From contig JBHGNT010000006.1 in NCBI GenBank assembly GCA_043228905.1, forward strand, positions 19,840,001-19,904,000: DNA of 64,000 nt, given 5' to 3'. The position numbers were made by a program, and so were the translations under genes. How positions within the stretch are numbered: the first letter of the stretch is position 1; each line of letters opens with the position of its first letter. The notes below the pieces were generated by a model. It searched no databases and was not told the origin of the DNA. It saw only the letters and a program-made list of their open reading frames with translations. Of the stretch, positions 62,101-64,000 are shown in pieces. This DNA is from Azolla caroliniana (lineage: Eukaryota > Plantae > Polypodiophyta).

Positions 62101-63772
62101 CTCTCGGACCCGCCTTTCCACGTGCTTCGCTTCCTCCTTCCTCAACCACACACCGACGAGGCCTTCTAGCACCAACGACCAAAACCCGGAGTCCTTCATC
62201 CTCCGGCCTTCGTCACCCCCGACCCAGATTCTTGCCGACACTGAGTAGTGGATGGTCTCTACATGGCGTGCCGCCGCTTCTTCCATCAGGCACTTCATTC
62301 CTCCGCATCCGGTGTTCAACACCAGGGCTCTCCGGGCCTCACTAGCATGCACCCGCCCGTTCCACAGGTACACCACGGTAGCCCTGAGCGCTTCCACGAA
62401 GTCGCCGCAATCCTTCCGGTTGTGACCGACCGCGTCACACCACAAGCACCGATGCCCAGTCGGAGGCCTTCGGTCACAAGGCCTGCTCGCCGCCGCCCCT
62501 CCTTCCCTGTGCAATCTAGAGGCCTCATACCATTTGCGTCAGCTCTTCCAGAGCCGCTCCTCCGGACGGACCTTTGACCACGTTGGTCGAGGTCGAGCCT
62601 GTCTCGAGCCAATCCCGAGTTTCCTCCCTTCGCACCGACAGTGGTCCCTCGAGCTTCCTTGCCACAACAGATCCCGCCTCCAATGAGCCCTTGTCGCCCC
62701 ACTCACACCATTTGTCGAAACAGCCGCAGACTCTTTTCACCACGGCCCAGTCGGTCGTCAGGCCGTCGTCTGTCTCCAGCAAAAGACCCACTTGCCCCCG
62801 ATCCTGCATGTCCACACCCTTTACGAACAACAGAACCCGGCTCATATCTAGTATGGTCATGTCCAGTGCCGAGAGCCATGCAAAGCGTTCCTCAAACTCC
62901 CGGAGGAGCACCAACGCGTTTCTCCCCTATTCAGGTGTCTCCACCCACTCCATGAAGTCCCGCTTCGATAGCCGAAGTGCGTCATCAAGCCCATACTTCT
63001 CAAAGAGCCGACCTTCAGATTCTTCCCAAGTTTGGCACTCAGCCCGCACCTCGAGCACCTCCACGTGGATGCCCGGCATTGCCACCTGAGGGAATCGGCC
63101 AGCCACCTATCCTCCAGAATGTCCCTCATTACCATTTCGGCTCGGTAGGCCTCTAGATAGCTCGTGGCGTGCTTCCCACCGAACCGGCCTATTGTACCAA
63201 CAATCGCTTTGATGGCCCTATCGAGGGTGCATGTGGCCTCACGCACACTCACGATCCGATCAACGGCAGAAGCCATATATATATATATATATATATGATT
63301 AGGGTTACAACCGGCATACCAGTGAGCGACAACGCTCTAACACTCACACGCACACACAGAAACGCGAGATGGAGACTCTGCTGGAAGCACTCGGGCTTTC
63401 CACGAAGCAGAGGCAACCTCCCAAAAACCTGCAGGGCACAACAACAGAGGAAGATAGAGGAGAAGGGCTCGGTCCCGGTCCGACAGCACTTCGTCCTTGA
63501 CAGAACACGATGCCGACTCTGCCCCTTTCCCTCTCTTTTATAGTCCAAGGAGGGAAAGACGTTAGAACTGGTCACACCACCATTATTCTCTGTCCTTTCG
63601 GACAGAGATACTCCTCGATTTTCTACCTAATGAATACGCGCTACCTAGGATACTCGCATCGGCCGGTCTGTACCTAACTATGTACAATACATCAAACTTA
63701 GTGCCCACATGTAAGGGCTGGTTCACGCACACTATTCCCGGATTCCGCCTCGGGACGGTTTTCTTCTCGACA
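59101..63772 (-). mobile_element. Deleted Ty3/Gypsy (G3): gag-PR-integrase only, inserted antisense in G2 pol
   Basis: 3' LTR 59101-59765, PPT 59766-59777, truncated 5' LTR about 63277-63772; 4-bp TSD CCGT (59097-59100, 63773-63776); no RT/RNase H between 61060 and integrase. Confidence 0.88.
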
Positions 63773-64000
63773 CCGTGGAGGAGGACCGGTTTCGGAGGAT
63801 ACTCGAAAGGCACAGGAAAGCCTTTGCATTCTTGCCGGGGGAGATCAGGTGCTTAGACCCGACTATCGTTGAATCGATGGTGATCTGCACGGTACCGCAC
63901 GTGTCGTGGAGTCTCAAACCGATTCCGGTACTAAGGGCTCACATCCCAAAGTTGATGGAGCTGCTCAAACAGAAAGTGGAGATGGGCATCCTCGAGTTGT

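Larger units (their letters stand above)
54767..64000 (+). mobile_element. Decayed Ty3/Gypsy (G2) of the tRNA-Trp lineage, running off the window; hosts a solo LTR and G3
   Basis: 5' LTR 54767-55534; PBS 55539-55556; gag from 55581, protease about 58170, pol resumes at 63773 after G3. Confidence 0.88.

Overview
Eukaryotic, land-plant nuclear DNA; a seed-free plant such as a fern is my inference from the retroelement types. The first 10 kb hold an intact hAT DNA transposon (835-5966; perfect 20-bp TIRs, 8-bp TSD). It carries a retroposed SYGQ-rich host-gene fragment in its leader intron and sits about 0.6 kb upstream of a three-exon group IIc WRKY gene (6583-9528). A decayed L1-type LINE follows (12-16 kb), then about 48 kb of nested LTR retrotransposons: two intact young sister Ty1/Copia elements, several decayed Copia elements and solo LTRs, and a distinctive Ty3/Gypsy lineage. 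That lineage has a tRNA-Trp primer site, 4-bp mostly CpG-centred TSDs and a conserved -1 frameshift signal (slippery site plus pseudoknot) between gag-protease and pol; one member also has LTRs with three tRNA-like A/B-box modules bracketing an RY-motif cluster. All coordinates and alignments were read by eye; no database search was run, so novelty claims are unverified.
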